From the NCBI GenBank assembly GCA_022749845.1, contig JAKIWX010000001.1:12387-76386 (forward strand): DNA of 64,000 nt. The letters are read 5' to 3'. The DNA comes from Thermoplasmata archaeon (GTDB lineage Archaea > Thermoplasmatota > Thermoplasmata > Lutacidiplasmatales > UBA184). The position numbers were made by a program, and so were the translations under genes. The notes under the pieces are model-generated. The model saw only the letters and a program-made list of their open reading frames with translations. It did not search any database and was not told where the DNA came from. Below are positions 38,657 through 48,511 of this stretch, in pieces (position 1 is the first letter of the stretch; the number at the start of each line of letters is the position of its first letter).

Positions 38657-39349
38657 TCAAGAGGACCGAAACCCGAACAGCCCGAGACCCGTTCGCCCCC
38701 GAGCCACCGCGTTGCGGAGCGTGGCCCACCGTCGCAGGCTCGGACAGAGTTCCCGCGTCCCCCCGTGGTCCACGAGCGCTATCGACCCCCGATGGAATCG
38801 ACGGTCAACGGCAGCGAACTCCCGGAAGGCGCGGGGATCCGAGTGGGGAACATCGTAGAGGAACAGGTCGATCCTCGCGAGCTCCTCCCCCAGGAGCGGG
38901 AGCACCTCGGCCTTGTCGCCGATGCGAAGGTCCCAGCGCTTCTTGAGTGACTCCGGGACGGCCCACCCCGTGAAACGTCCCGGCGGGAGCGACCACGAGC
39001 CGTGGCGCGGTGGACGGCCCGGTCGTTGCCTCTCCGGAAGGTCGGCGGAGTGGAGCGTTCCCTGGCCGTTCCGCTCGAGGGCTTGGAGGAAGTAGGCGCT
39101 TGAGACTCCCGAGGAGACGCCGACCTCCACGATGTGACGCGGGCGAAGGAGCCGGGCCATCGCATAGAGCTCGAGCGGCGCTTCGATCTCCACGTAGAAG
39201 CTCCGACCTTCCCGCCGGTGTTCCTTGGCGAGGTGTCGGAACAGCGCCCTCTCGTCCGCCGCCTCCTCGAGCGCCTGCGAGGCGAGGCTCGCAGAGGCCC
39301 CCGTGAGCGCGCTCACCCAGGCGGCGTCCGGCTGCGCTTCCGGGTTCAT
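38657..39349 (-). CDS. Class I SAM-dependent methyltransferase (Methyltransf_24/O-MT family-3-like).
   Basis: 'HIVEVGVSSGVSSAYFLQAL' motif I, 'IDLFLYDVPHSD' region. Start at the internal Met 'MNPEAQ' (39349). The ATG overlaps the upstream phosphatase stop (ATGA). Confidence 0.7.
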   Translation of the reverse strand: MNPEAQPDAAWVSALTGASASLASQALEEAADERALFRHLAKEHRREGRSFYVEIEAPLELYAMARLLRPRHIVEVGVSSGVSSAYFLQALERNGQGTLHSADLPERQRPGRPPRHGSWSLPPGRFTGWAVPESLKKRWDLRIGDKAEVLPLLGEELARIDLFLYDVPHSDPRAFREFAAVDRRFHRGSIALVDHGGTRELCPSLRRWATLRNAVARGRTGLGLFGFRSS

Positions 39350-39888
39350 CTCTTCGACGCGTCCCGACGAAGCGCCTGCGCGTCGGGCTCGTCGAGGGTG
39401 CGCCAACCCTTCGCCCATTCCTTCACGTGTTCGATGCCAGGGCGCGCCGCGGCCACGCGCGCGAACGCCTCGTCCAGGGAGAGCGACTCGCTGCGGTGGA
39501 GGTACCAGGCCATCGCGAGTGGGGACCGGCGTACGCCATGCCCGCAGAACAGCAGCACGGGCTCCTTTCGATCATGAGCGGCCCGCACGAGCGAGGCGAG
39601 CCGTTCGAGGTTCTCCCGGACGGGCGAATCGGTTCTCCCGTCGTAGACGGGGACGTGCGTAGCTCCGGGAAACTGGTCGAGCTCATCGGGCCGATCGTCG
39701 AGCACGCAGAAGCGGGTCCCAACAAATCCCTCGGCCTCCTTCCATCCCCCCACGAAGATGCCAGGAGAGACTTCCGAAGGACCCGATTTCGGCCGGGGAT
39801 CAGGGTCTCGCTTCCTCACTGGGCCGGGCGTCATCAAGAGGGGTACACCACCGGGGGATACTCTTCGTGGCGGCCCGGTCAGATTCAT
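39346..39888 (-). CDS. Dual-specificity (Cys-based, HCxxGxxR) protein phosphatase.
   Basis: P-loop 'VLLFCGHGVRRSPLAMAWYL' (CX5R-S). Alternative start at the internal Met 'MTPGPV'. Confidence 0.7.
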   Translation of the reverse strand: MNLTGPPRRVSPGGVPLLMTPGPVRKRDPDPRPKSGPSEVSPGIFVGGWKEAEGFVGTRFCVLDDRPDELDQFPGATHVPVYDGRTDSPVRENLERLASLVRAAHDRKEPVLLFCGHGVRRSPLAMAWYLHRSESLSLDEAFARVAAARPGIEHVKEWAKGWRTLDEPDAQALRRDASKR

Positions 39889-39987
39889 CTCAACGGCCGG
39901 AGGCGAGGGAGCTCGAGCGGAAAGCTCGGCCCCAACCTTGTTCCCTCGGCGCCTCCCAGTCCGCCGGGGTTAAGCTCGGCTGGGCGC

Positions 39988-40935
39988 GTGCGCCCCGCCG
40001 TGCCGGAAGCGCTCCGCAGCGAGGAACTCGGGAAGACCTACCCGCACGGGAAGGAGCCAGCACTCGACGGCGTCTCGCTTCGAATCCCGGCCGGGACGGT
40101 CTACGGATTGATCGGACGAAACGGCGCAGGAAAGACCACTTTCGTCCGGATCGCCTCCACCCAGCTGCTTCCCACCCGCGGACGTGTGGAGGTCCTCGGC
40201 TTCGACGCCGTGGCCACGCCTCGAGAGGTGCGGGCGCGCATCGCGGTCATCCCCCAAGAGTCCCGTCCGCTCTATTTTCTGACCATCGACGAGCTCGTGT
40301 TCTACCACTTGCGGATGCGAGGGATGGACCGGCGCATCGCGCGGGAACGGACCGACACCGTCCTCCGCCAGATGGGTCTCGCCGACCGGGCCAACACCCT
40401 CGTGAGCCGGCTCTCTGGAGGCCTGCGTCGGCGCGCGATGGTGGCGATGATCTTCGCCTCCGACGCGGAGCTTCTCTTCCTCGACGAGCCGACGACCGGA
40501 CTCGACCCGCTCGCCCGTCGAGAGGTCTGGGCGGCCATCCAGAAGGCGCGCCACGAGGGCCGAACGGTCCTGCTCACGACCCATTACCTCGATGAGGCGG
40601 AGGCGCTCTCCGCACGGCTCGCGCTCATCGAGCGGGGGCACGTAGTGGTCGAGGGCACGCCCGCGGAGATCCGGAGCCGGGTGAAGTACCCGTTCCGGGT
40701 GAGCCTCCCGAGCAGCCTCTCCGAAGCTGAGCTCGCCCCGTACGGGGAGGTCTCGGGCGTCGAAGGCGGCTGGCTCGTGTTCGCGCGCGAGGACTCGGCT
40801 CGGGAGCTCACGAAGCTCGCGCTCGACAAGAATCTCGCCGTCGCGATGGCCCCGATCTCTCTCGAGGACATCTTTCTCCAGTTGGTGGGCCGACCGTTGA
40901 CGGAGGGCGACGCGCTCGCCGAGGAGGGGCCGTGA
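39988..40935 (+). CDS. ABC transporter ATP-binding protein (ABC-2/DrrA-like).
   Basis: 'GLIGRNGAGKTT', 'LSGGLRRRAMVAMIF', 'LLFLDEPTTGLD', H-loop 'VLLTTHY'. GTG start at about 39988/40000, internal to a longer spurious frame. Confidence 0.8.
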   Translation: MRPAVPEALRSEELGKTYPHGKEPALDGVSLRIPAGTVYGLIGRNGAGKTTFVRIASTQLLPTRGRVEVLGFDAVATPREVRARIAVIPQESRPLYFLTIDELVFYHLRMRGMDRRIARERTDTVLRQMGLADRANTLVSRLSGGLRRRAMVAMIFASDAELLFLDEPTTGLDPLARREVWAAIQKARHEGRTVLLTTHYLDEAEALSARLALIERGHVVVEGTPAEIRSRVKYPFRVSLPSSLSEAELAPYGEVSGVEGGWLVFAREDSARELTKLALDKNLAVAMAPISLEDIFLQLVGRPLTEGDALAEEGP

Positions 40936-41699
40936 GCGTCCGACACCGCCTGCGCTCCCTCTGGACGATCGCCTACATGAACGGGGTCATTCCCGTCCGG
41001 AGGCAGCCGCTCTACCTCCTCAACACGATCGCCTCGCCGCTCTCCTTCCTGTTCTTCATCGCCCTCGCTTCCCGAGGGACCCTCCTAAGACCGGCGATCG
41101 CCGGTGGGATGGTCCTCACGATGATCTCGATCGGGACCTCGCTCCAGGCGGACCTCACGCACTACAAGCAGGACATGAAGTTCCAGGACCTCGTCGTCGC
41201 CTCTCCCGTCGAGGCGCCGATCTACGTCGCGGGGCTCGCGCTCTCGGAGTTCCTCTACTCGATCCCGGGTCTCTCGGTGTTCGTCGCCCTGTGGGTGGCC
41301 ACCGGCCCGGTCCCCGGCGTCTTCGACGCTGCGACCGTCGTCGGCACGCTCCTCCTCGTCTGGGCGTTCTCCTCGGCGCTCGGCTTCACTCTCGCGACCT
41401 ATTTCGAGGACATCCGCGAGACGTTCGTCTTCGGCCCGCTCGTCTCGCTCGGGCTCACCGTGCTGCCGCCCGTCTACTATCCCGCGACCTTCATTCCCGC
41501 CGCGTACCGCCCGCTCGCCTTCCTCTCCCCCGCCACGTACGCGGCGGACCTCCTCCACCGCGCCTTCTCGCTCGGAGCGGTCGACCCCCGCTTCGGACCC
41601 CCGCTCCTCGCCGCACCGCTCGACTGGCTGGCGCTCATCGCGGTGACGGCGGCACTCTTCCTCCTCGCGGCGAAGAAGGCGCGCTGGCGCGAGCCCTAG
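40932..41699 (+). CDS. ABC-2 type transporter permease.
   Basis: 6-TM pattern; GTG start overlapping the ATPase stop (GTGA). Confidence 0.7.
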   Translation: MSVRHRLRSLWTIAYMNGVIPVRRQPLYLLNTIASPLSFLFFIALASRGTLLRPAIAGGMVLTMISIGTSLQADLTHYKQDMKFQDLVVASPVEAPIYVAGLALSEFLYSIPGLSVFVALWVATGPVPGVFDAATVVGTLLLVWAFSSALGFTLATYFEDIRETFVFGPLVSLGLTVLPPVYYPATFIPAAYRPLAFLSPATYAADLLHRAFSLGAVDPRFGPPLLAAPLDWLALIAVTAALFLLAAKKARWREP

Positions 41700-41819
41700 C
41701 GTGGAACGAAAAATCGACGGACGACGACGCTCCGGCCGCTCCGGAATCTCCGGAAACCACCGGTGCAACTTGAAACGTCCAAGCGCTTATGTAGGAGCCC
41801 ACTCCTCGGCGGCCCTGCG

Positions 41820-42059
41820 ATGCTTGCGCTCTCGGACAGCCGGGGTCCGGCCGCCGAGGAAGAACGACTTTCCCGCTGCGTCGTCTGCGGAAAATCGCTC
41901 GTTCTCCTCCTGAACGACCGGCGAGGAAGCGCCTGCTTCGACTGCCTCTCCCTGCTCGGGCCCGAGGCCATCGAGTGTCCCGAGTGCGGGGCGGAGATCG
42001 CCCCCCCGCAGCGGGCGGCCGGCTGCACGCAGTGCGGCTGGTCCCCGCTGCGGAACTGA
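41820..42059 (+). CDS. Small zinc-ribbon protein with four CxxC pairs.
   Basis: 'CVVCGKS...CFDC...CPECGAE...CTQCGW'. Start assumed at the internal Met 'MLALSDS'. Confidence 0.4.
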   Translation: MLALSDSRGPAAEEERLSRCVVCGKSLVLLLNDRRGSACFDCLSLLGPEAIECPECGAEIAPPQRAAGCTQCGWSPLRN

Positions 42060-42271
42060 CCGGTCACGTCGACCGACGCGAACGCTGCAAAGCTTATCTC
42101 GCCCGGCCCGTCGAATCGACGGGAAGTGCCGAGGTGGCTCAGCCCGGTACGGCGCGAGTCTGGAAAGCTCGTGGCGGAAATCGCCTCGGGAGTTCAAACG
42201 CCGGAGCCGGCCGAACCGGCCCGGCGGAGATTCTCCCCCTCGGCGCCTCCCCGTTTCGGGGCTGAACACTC

Positions 42272-42796
42272 GTGCCGATCCGTCCAGTCCAGGCCGCGCC
42301 GGCGCTCCTCCAGGTCGACGCGATCCTCTCGCGTCTCAGGGGCCAAGCCGCCCTCACGGAGGTGTGCCGTTTCTTGCGCGACTCCTTTCCCCACTTCACC
42401 TGGGTGGGCGTCTACCGGCTCGAGGGGGAAACGCTCCTCCTCGACGGCTGGGACGGCGAGCGTGCCACCGAGCACGTCCGGATCCCTCTGGGGCAGGGGC
42501 TCTGTGGGCGCGCCGCCCGGGAGGACCGGACCGTGATCGTCGGCGACGTCCAATCCGACCCCGAGTACCTCGCCTGCTTCCTCGACACCCGCTCGGAGAT
42601 CGTGGTCCCCGTGCATGCCGAGGGACGTGTGGTGGGCGAGATCGACGTCGACGGTCGTCTTGCGAACGCCTACGACGCCTCGGACGACCGCTTCCTCAGC
42701 GAGGTCGCGCGGCGGATCGCGCCAACCCTCGTCGCCGGGGCGGTTCCGGCAGCGACCGGCGCATCTCCCGGAGCGCCGCGGCCGGCAGGCGGCTAG
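42272..42796 (+). CDS. GAF-domain protein, free-methionine-(R)-sulfoxide-reductase-like (fRMsr/YebR family).
   Basis: 'FTWVGVYRLEGETLLL...GQGLCGRAAREDRTVIVGDVQSDPEYLAC'. The low-complexity C-terminal tail overlaps the convergent gene by about 100 nt. Confidence 0.7.
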   Translation: MPIRPVQAAPALLQVDAILSRLRGQAALTEVCRFLRDSFPHFTWVGVYRLEGETLLLDGWDGERATEHVRIPLGQGLCGRAAREDRTVIVGDVQSDPEYLACFLDTRSEIVVPVHAEGRVVGEIDVDGRLANAYDASDDRFLSEVARRIAPTLVAGAVPAATGASPGAPRPAGG

Positions 42797-43475
42797 CCCA
42801 GACCGGCACGGGGCCGAGGCGCGAGGGTCGGCGGAGCCCTCGGGCTTCCCGTACTAGACCCGCGAGCGCGCGGGTGAGCTCGTCGACGATCGCGAGATGG
42901 GCCGCGAGGGAGCTGCGCGAGAGCGGGTTCAGGTCGATGGTCACTACCCGCTTGCCGAGGCGCCGGAGCGCGAGAGCCCGGTCCCCGTCCTCGAGCGGGA
43001 TCACGCAGAGGTCCGCCGACCAGATGCCGTCCGCGTCCACCCGGCCCCGGTCGGAGGGGAGCCCGGGGATCCTCTTCGTCGGACGGAGCCCGCGAACTTC
43101 TCGAACTCCCGCGCGCGTGAGCTCACGCGAGATCCGCGCCACGCGCGAAGGGGTACGGTGAAACAGATTCACCTCGACGCGTAGGTGGGGCACGACACGG
43201 GCGAGCTCCGCCACCTGCTCGGACGCGAGCGCGGCCACGTTGCCGTTCACCGAGAGGACGGGCCGGCGGGCCGCGAGGAGCCAGCGCGCCGCGAGTCGCT
43301 CCGCGCGGAGCGCGGAGGGGGTCGTCCGTTCTCCGAGGAGGTAATCGAACGCTTCGGCCCGGCCCTGGGCGATGAGCCCCTCCGGTACGACGAGTCCTTG
43401 CTCAAACCCCCGCGCGAGGCGTGCGCGCATCCGCAGGCTATGGTACCTCGGGTGGCGGGGCGAAAGGCGGGTCAC
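42696..43475 (-). CDS. Putative archaeal 4-phosphopantoate--beta-alanine ligase (phosphopantothenate synthetase, PPS/DUF137 family).
   Basis: 'AEAFDYLLGERTTPSALRA...PVLSVNGNVAALASEQVAELA' resembles the archaeal PPS family from memory. This is a moderate-confidence recall, not a search. Confidence 0.45.
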   Translation of the reverse strand: MTRLSPRHPRYHSLRMRARLARGFEQGLVVPEGLIAQGRAEAFDYLLGERTTPSALRAERLAARWLLAARRPVLSVNGNVAALASEQVAELARVVPHLRVEVNLFHRTPSRVARISRELTRAGVREVRGLRPTKRIPGLPSDRGRVDADGIWSADLCVIPLEDGDRALALRRLGKRVVTIDLNPLSRSSLAAHLAIVDELTRALAGLVREARGLRRPSRLGPVPVWASRLPAAALREMRRSLPEPPRRRGLARSAARPR

Positions 43476-43487
43476 GGCGGGCAGACC

Positions 43488-44231
43488 CTACACGCGCTCG
43501 GGCTCGGAAGGTACGGGCTTGGCCTTCCCGTTACGCTCGGCGGCCCCGGGCAGATCGAGATGCGCCTCCACCGCGGAGAGCCGCTGGTCGAGCGGCAGGA
43601 GCGTCTGCTCGATCGTCTTCGCGACCACGAGCTTCAGGCTCTCTTCGAGGGCCACGATGTCCCTTCCGAGGTCCGAGAGGCGCCGCACGTTCTCGTTCAG
43701 CAAGAGCCGCGTCTGCGCCGCGAGCCGGAAGGTGTCGTCGACGCCCCGCACGAGCTGCTTCGAGCCCTGGGCGAACGTCTCGATCGATTCCCCGACGGGC
43801 GCCCACTTCTTGTCGAGGTTCTCCCCGAGCGATTTCGACAGGTCGCCCCGCAGCCGCTCGACCCCGTCGCTGAGCCCGGCCTCGATCCGGTCCCCCACGA
43901 CCTTGTCGACGCTTTCTAGGCGCGTCTTGACGGTCTCGTCGAGGGCCCCTTCGAGCTCCTCCACCCGCCCGAGGCGGTCCTCGACCGCCTCGAGCCGGCT
44001 CACGAGGTTCGCGTAGACGGAGCCGATGAGCGTGTCCGTGTGGGCGGTCTCCACTTCGTGGGCGCGCAAGAGGAGGTGGAGCACCCAATGCTCCCGTCCC
44101 TTCGCCTCCGCGAGCGGCCCGCGGTCGATCCGGTCGCGGACCTCGCGGTTCTCCACGAGCTGCTGGAGCTCTTTCAGCACCTCGAGCCGGACCGCGGAGG
44201 TGCCCGAGTTCGGGACCGCGCGTTCGGGCAT
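43488..44231 (-). CDS. Hypothetical coiled-coil protein.
   Basis: Heptad-like Leu/Glu/Arg-rich sequence throughout; no enzymatic motifs. Confidence 0.4.
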   Translation of the reverse strand: MPERAVPNSGTSAVRLEVLKELQQLVENREVRDRIDRGPLAEAKGREHWVLHLLLRAHEVETAHTDTLIGSVYANLVSRLEAVEDRLGRVEELEGALDETVKTRLESVDKVVGDRIEAGLSDGVERLRGDLSKSLGENLDKKWAPVGESIETFAQGSKQLVRGVDDTFRLAAQTRLLLNENVRRLSDLGRDIVALEESLKLVVAKTIEQTLLPLDQRLSAVEAHLDLPGAAERNGKAKPVPSEPERV

Positions 44232-44304
44232 CCCGGGGGAATCGGGGTTAGGGCGTAATTACTCTTCGGTAGGCGACGGATAACTCTGAGCGGATTGGGT
44301 CGAT

Positions 44305-45459
44305 TCAGCCCTCGAAGCCGGGCCCGAGCAGCTCCCGTGCGATGACGAGGCGCCGGATCTCGCTCGTGCCGGCCCCGATCTCGAGGAGCTTGGCGTCGCG
44401 GGCGAGCCGTTCGAGGGGATACTCCCGCATGTATCCGTTGCCGCCGAACACCTGGATGGCGTCGAGCGCGACGCGGGTGGACATCTCGGAGGCGTAGGTG
44501 AGCGCCGCGGAGCTTGCCCGGGCGCTCTTCTTGTCCCTTTCCACGGCGCGGAGCGCCGCGTCGAGGAGCCCGCGCGCGGACTCGAGGGCGATGTACATGT
44601 TGGCGAGCTTTTCCTGGATGAGCTGGAAGGAGCCGATCTTCTGGCCGAACTGCTCCCGCTCCCTCGCGTAGGCGCTCGCGAGCTCGAGGCACTCGGCCAT
44701 GATGCCGACGGGGATAGCCGAGAGCACGGCCCGCTCGACGTTGAGACCGCTCATCATCACCGTCACACCCTCGTTCTCCCTACCGAGGATCGCCTCGGCG
44801 GGGAGCGTACAGTCCCGGAGGAGGAGCTCGCCCGTGGGGGAGCCTCGCATCCCCATCTTGTCGAGGGAGCGGGAGACGGAGAAGCCGGCGGTCTTCGAGC
44901 CCAGGAGGAAGGCGGAAATCCCGCGGGAGCCCTTCTCGGGGGCCGTCTTGGCGTAGACGATCAGCGTGTCCGCGACCGGCCCGTTCGTGATGAACTGCTT
45001 CGTGCCGTTGAGGCGGTAACCCCCGCCGACCCTTTCCGCGCGGGTCGAGAGACCGACCGCATCCGAGCCGGCTCCGGGCTCCGTGAGCGCGAGTGCCCCG
45101 ATCGCCTCCCCGCTCGCGAGCGCGGGTAGGAACTCGGCCCGTTGCGTCTCGGTTCCGTTGCGGTAGAGGCTGTCGATGAGGAGGTTCGAATGAGCCCCGA
45201 CGGAAAGGGCGAGGGCCGGGCTCGACCGGGCCAGCTCCTCGAGGATGACCGCTTGGGCGAGGTAGCCGAGCCCAAGGCCTCCGAGCTCCGCCGGGAGGGT
45301 GGGGGCGAGGAACCCCTGCTCCCCGAGCTTCCGGAACAGCTCCCGCGGGAACCAGTCCTCGCGGTCCATCCGGGTGGCGAGGGGGCGGACTTCGCGCTGG
45401 ACGAACCGACGCGCGGCTTCGCGCAGGTCCTCGAGGCCTTCGTTCCCCGGAGGTTGCAC
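44305..45459 (-). CDS. Acyl-CoA dehydrogenase (short/branched-chain type).
   Basis: '[22 protein letters not shown]...[13 protein letters not shown]', C-terminal '[22 protein letters not shown]'. GTG start at about 45459 ('[20 protein letters not shown]'). Confidence 0.85.
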   Translation of the reverse strand: MQPPGNEGLEDLREAARRFVQREVRPLATRMDREDWFPRELFRKLGEQGFLAPTLPAELGGLGLGYLAQAVILEELARSSPALALSVGAHSNLLIDSLYRNGTETQRAEFLPALASGEAIGALALTEPGAGSDAVGLSTRAERVGGGYRLNGTKQFITNGPVADTLIVYAKTAPEKGSRGISAFLLGSKTAGFSVSRSLDKMGMRGSPTGELLLRDCTLPAEAILGRENEGVTVMMSGLNVERAVLSAIPVGIMAECLELASAYAREREQFGQKIGSFQLIQEKLANMYIALESARGLLDAALRAVERDKKSARASSAALTYASEMSTRVALDAIQVFGGNGYMREYPLERLARDAKLLEIGAGTSEIRRLVIARELLGPGFEG

Positions 45460-45505
45460 GGTCGAGCGAGCTCGGGCGCGGCTTAACGCGTTCGGGAGAC
45501 GGTGT

Positions 45506-47122
45506 TCAGGAACCGTCTGCGGGGACGAGTCGTACGCCGAGATGCGTTCGCCACGCCGGGACCGGCCTGGGATGGTCGGACCTGTAGTGGACCCCGCGAC
45601 TCTCCGTGCGAGCCGCAGCCGCGCTCGCGAGTACGAGCGCGGTGAGGGCGTGGGTCGCGTTGGGCGAAAGGGACGCGCCGGTCCGTGGAGAGGGCTCCGC
45701 CGCCAGCCACCGCGTGAACCGGCGGATCGCACGTTGGAGGCCAGCACCGGTTCGGAAGATCCCTACCTCCTCCCACAGGAGGCTCCGAAGCTTCTCCGGA
45801 TCGACAGGCTCGACCCGTGTCGTCGCCGCATCCGGGAGGCCGATCTCGAGCAGTCGTCCCGGGGGCGCAGGACCGCCGCCCCCAGGATGGAGGAGCTGGC
45901 GGAGCACATGTTCACCGAACACCACCCCCTCCAGGAGGGAGTTCGAGGCGAGACGGTTGGCTCCGTGGACCCCGGTCGCGGCCGCCTCCCCGCAGGCGAG
46001 GAGGCCGGGAAGCGAGGTGCGTCCCTCGCGGTCGGTGGCGACGCCCCCGATGAGAAAATGGGCGGCCGGGGTCACCGGGATGCGGTCGCGGGAGGGGTCG
46101 AGCGCGTACGTAGCGAGGAACCGACACACCGTGGGGAACCTGGCGAAGAGGCGGTCTCGCGGAAGCGCGGTCGCATCAAGGTAAACGCAGCGGCTCCGCG
46201 TCCGGAGGAGCTCGGTGCGGATTGCCCGGCTCACCACATCGCGAGGGGCAAGCTCCCCGTCCCGGTGGTATCTCGGCATGAACCGCTCCCCCCGCGCGTT
46301 GCGAAGGAGCGCTCCCTCCCCTCGGAGTGCCTCGGTGAGGAGGTAGCGAGGCGCCCCGTCGCGCAAGAATACGGTCGGGTGGAACTGGACGAACTCCATG
46401 TCCGAGAGAAGCGCCCCCGCGAGCGCGGCGAGGACGAGTCCCTCCCCCGTGGCGACGCTCGGGTTCGAGCTCTCGCGGTAGAGACTCCCCGCGCCCCCGG
46501 TGGCGAGCACTACGGTCGAGGGCTCAAGCGTCTCCGCCTCCCGGCCGTCGGGCCGGGAGAGCTCCACACGGAATCCCCGGCCCGTCCTCGCGAGCGAGCG
46601 TAGCACCGTCTGCTCACGGACCTCCACCGCGAGCTCGAGCGCGCGTCGCTTGAGCGCCTCTTCGATGTGGAGCCCGGTCGCGTCCCCGCCGGCGTGCAGG
46701 ATCCGTGCCCGCGAGTGCGCCGCCTCCCTCCCGAGCGCCACCTGGCCGTCGACGGCGTCGAACGGGACTCCGAGGCGCACGAGGTCGGCGATCCGTGCGG
46801 GTGCCTCCTCTACGAGGTGGCGGGCCGCCTCTTCGTCGACGAGGCCCGCTCCCGCGCGGACGGTATCGGCGAGGTGGAGCTCGGCGGAGTCGTCCGGACC
46901 GAGCGCGCAGGCGATGCCGCCCTGGGCGTACTTCGTGTTGGACTCGTCGAGGCTGCCCTTGGTGACGACGGTCGGGTGGAGGCCTTGCTCTCGGGCCCGG
47001 ACGGCGACATACAAGCCGGCAATCCCACTGCCGATGATGAGCGGGCCTTCCCGTCGAGCCACGCACCGAGGAACCCGGGGTGGGGAAACGGGTTTCCCCC
47101 CGCTTGGCAACGGCTTCCCCAC
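45506..47122 (-). CDS. nadB: L-aspartate oxidase (NadB) / fumarate-reductase-family flavoprotein.
   Basis: '[14 protein letters not shown]', '[11 protein letters not shown]', '[10 protein letters not shown]', 'HPTVFL'. The true start is possibly a GTG slightly downstream of 47122. Confidence 0.7.
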   Translation of the reverse strand: MGKPLPSGGKPVSPPRVPRCVARREGPLIIGSGIAGLYVAVRAREQGLHPTVVTKGSLDESNTKYAQGGIACALGPDDSAELHLADTVRAGAGLVDEEAARHLVEEAPARIADLVRLGVPFDAVDGQVALGREAAHSRARILHAGGDATGLHIEEALKRRALELAVEVREQTVLRSLARTGRGFRVELSRPDGREAETLEPSTVVLATGGAGSLYRESSNPSVATGEGLVLAALAGALLSDMEFVQFHPTVFLRDGAPRYLLTEALRGEGALLRNARGERFMPRYHRDGELAPRDVVSRAIRTELLRTRSRCVYLDATALPRDRLFARFPTVCRFLATYALDPSRDRIPVTPAAHFLIGGVATDREGRTSLPGLLACGEAAATGVHGANRLASNSLLEGVVFGEHVLRQLLHPGGGGPAPPGRLLEIGLPDAATTRVEPVDPEKLRSLLWEEVGIFRTGAGLQRAIRRFTRWLAAEPSPRTGASLSPNATHALTALVLASAAAARTESRGVHYRSDHPRPVPAWRTHLGVRLVPADGS

Positions 47123-47143
47123 CGTGCTAGCCGATAGAGGAGA

Positions 47144-48511
47144 ATGACGAGCGAACCGTCGGCCATCAGATCCGCCCTCCCGCTAGCTCGCGTGGAGTCC
47201 TCTTCGGAGCTGAGCGCCCGGCTGCGGGCCGCGCTCGAGGCCGGCCCGGCGCAGCGATCGGTGTGGGTCACAGACCTTGTCGACCCGCGGATCGCCTACT
47301 TTCGGAGCATCGCCCCGGTAGAGCCAACGGCGGACGTCGTCGCGCGTCGGGAGAGCGGGCGCGTCGTGCACGACCGGGTCGAACGCCTCTTGGCGGGGCC
47401 CGAGCACCGAGAGCTTCGTGTGGGCCAGGACGGCATCATCGGGCGGATCGACCTGCTGTTCGACCGGCCCACCGAACTCAAGTCCACCGCCAAGCTTCCG
47501 GAGGTGGATCGGCTCGCCGAGAGCCGCCCAAGCTTCATCGAGCAACTGGGGGCGTACTGCGCGCTCCTCGGCCGCCCGGGTGGGCGGCTCCTGCTCGTCC
47601 AGACCCAAGAGGGAGCTCCCGCCAGCGTACGCGCCGTCGACTGCGAGTTCACGGACCTCCCCGGATTGCGTGCCTCCCTCCTCGAGTCGGCGGACCGGCT
47701 GAGAGCGGCGCTCGCCCGTCGGGATCCGACGGGCCTTCCGCGCTGCGCCTGGTTCCACCGCGGCTGCGAATTCGAGGAGGCACGGATCTGCCCGTGCAAC
47801 GGTAGCGAGCCTCTCCCGGCTGCCCCCGCCCGCGAGAGGCTCCTACGACTCGAGGCCAACGCAGCGGTCGCGGAGGAGGTCGAGGCGCGCCTGCGGGCGC
47901 CGTCGCCGGTACTCGCCGAGGAACCGGTGCGGACCTTCTCGGAGCTTCTGTACCCCCGCCAGACCTATTTCGAGCGGATCGAGGCGCCGAGACAGCCGAC
48001 CGCTCGGTTCCCGGGCACCGACCTCTGGCGGCGGGTGCGCGATGCGATGGAGGCTGCCCTGGGCGCGGACCTCGAGGACCGCCGAGGGGCTTCGGGAGAG
48101 CCCGCGGAGGCGGTGAGTTGCTACCTTGGCGAGCCGCTCTTGGTCAAGACTAGCCGCGCCCGGTTCCGGACACCGCCCGAGCTCCTGCCGAACCGCATGC
48201 CGCACTACTTCGTCGAGCTGGGACTCCGCGCGGGCGCGCTCGGCACGGACGGGGGTTGGATCGTTCTCGCCTACGAGTTCCCCGAGTCGGGGACCGGCCC
48301 GGTGGAGATGCTGCGGGTCCGGTTCCCCGCTCCCGCCGAGCTTGGGACGCACCTTCGAGAGTTGTGCGAGCAGTTCCACGAGGCGTTGCGACGCCACGAT
48401 CCATCCGAGCTTCCACCGTGTCCCGAGTGGAAGTTCGTCGACTGCCCGTACCGGGAGCTGTGCGGCGAACCCGCCGGGTCCCCTACCGCGGCTTCCGCCA
48501 CCGGAAGATGA
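47144..48511 (+). CDS. Hypothetical protein with two tandem PD-(D/E)XK-like modules, each ending in a Cys cluster (duplicated Cas4-like/DUF83-like architecture).
   Basis: Module 1: 'VWVTDLVDPRIAYFRS...GRIDLLFDRPTELKST...CAWFHRGCEFEEARICPC'. Module 2: '...LLYPRQTYFERIE...LLVKTSRARF...CPEWKFVDCPYRELC'. Confidence 0.5.
   Translation: MTSEPSAIRSALPLARVESSSELSARLRAALEAGPAQRSVWVTDLVDPRIAYFRSIAPVEPTADVVARRESGRVVHDRVERLLAGPEHRELRVGQDGIIGRIDLLFDRPTELKSTAKLPEVDRLAESRPSFIEQLGAYCALLGRPGGRLLLVQTQEGAPASVRAVDCEFTDLPGLRASLLESADRLRAALARRDPTGLPRCAWFHRGCEFEEARICPCNGSEPLPAAPARERLLRLEANAAVAEEVEARLRAPSPVLAEEPVRTFSELLYPRQTYFERIEAPRQPTARFPGTDLWRRVRDAMEAALGADLEDRRGASGEPAEAVSCYLGEPLLVKTSRARFRTPPELLPNRMPHYFVELGLRAGALGTDGGWIVLAYEFPESGTGPVEMLRVRFPAPAELGTHLRELCEQFHEALRRHDPSELPPCPEWKFVDCPYRELCGEPAGSPTAASATGR

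Noticed and set aside
42060-42271. 212-nt spacer with a short GC hairpin (GGCCG-AAC-CGGCC) and a 'GGAGTTCAAACGCC' segment; considered as an ncRNA/tRNA.
   Set aside because: No consistent secondary structure or conserved RNA motif was recognisable. It is probably just the GAF gene 5' region.
44232-44304. Sequence 'GGGTCGATTCAGCCC' that superficially resembles a tRNA T-arm, checked as a possible tRNA.
   Set aside because: No acceptor, D or anticodon stems can be drawn. The segment includes the acyl-CoA dehydrogenase stop codon. No tRNA-like cloverleaf was found in any intergenic spacer I inspected.
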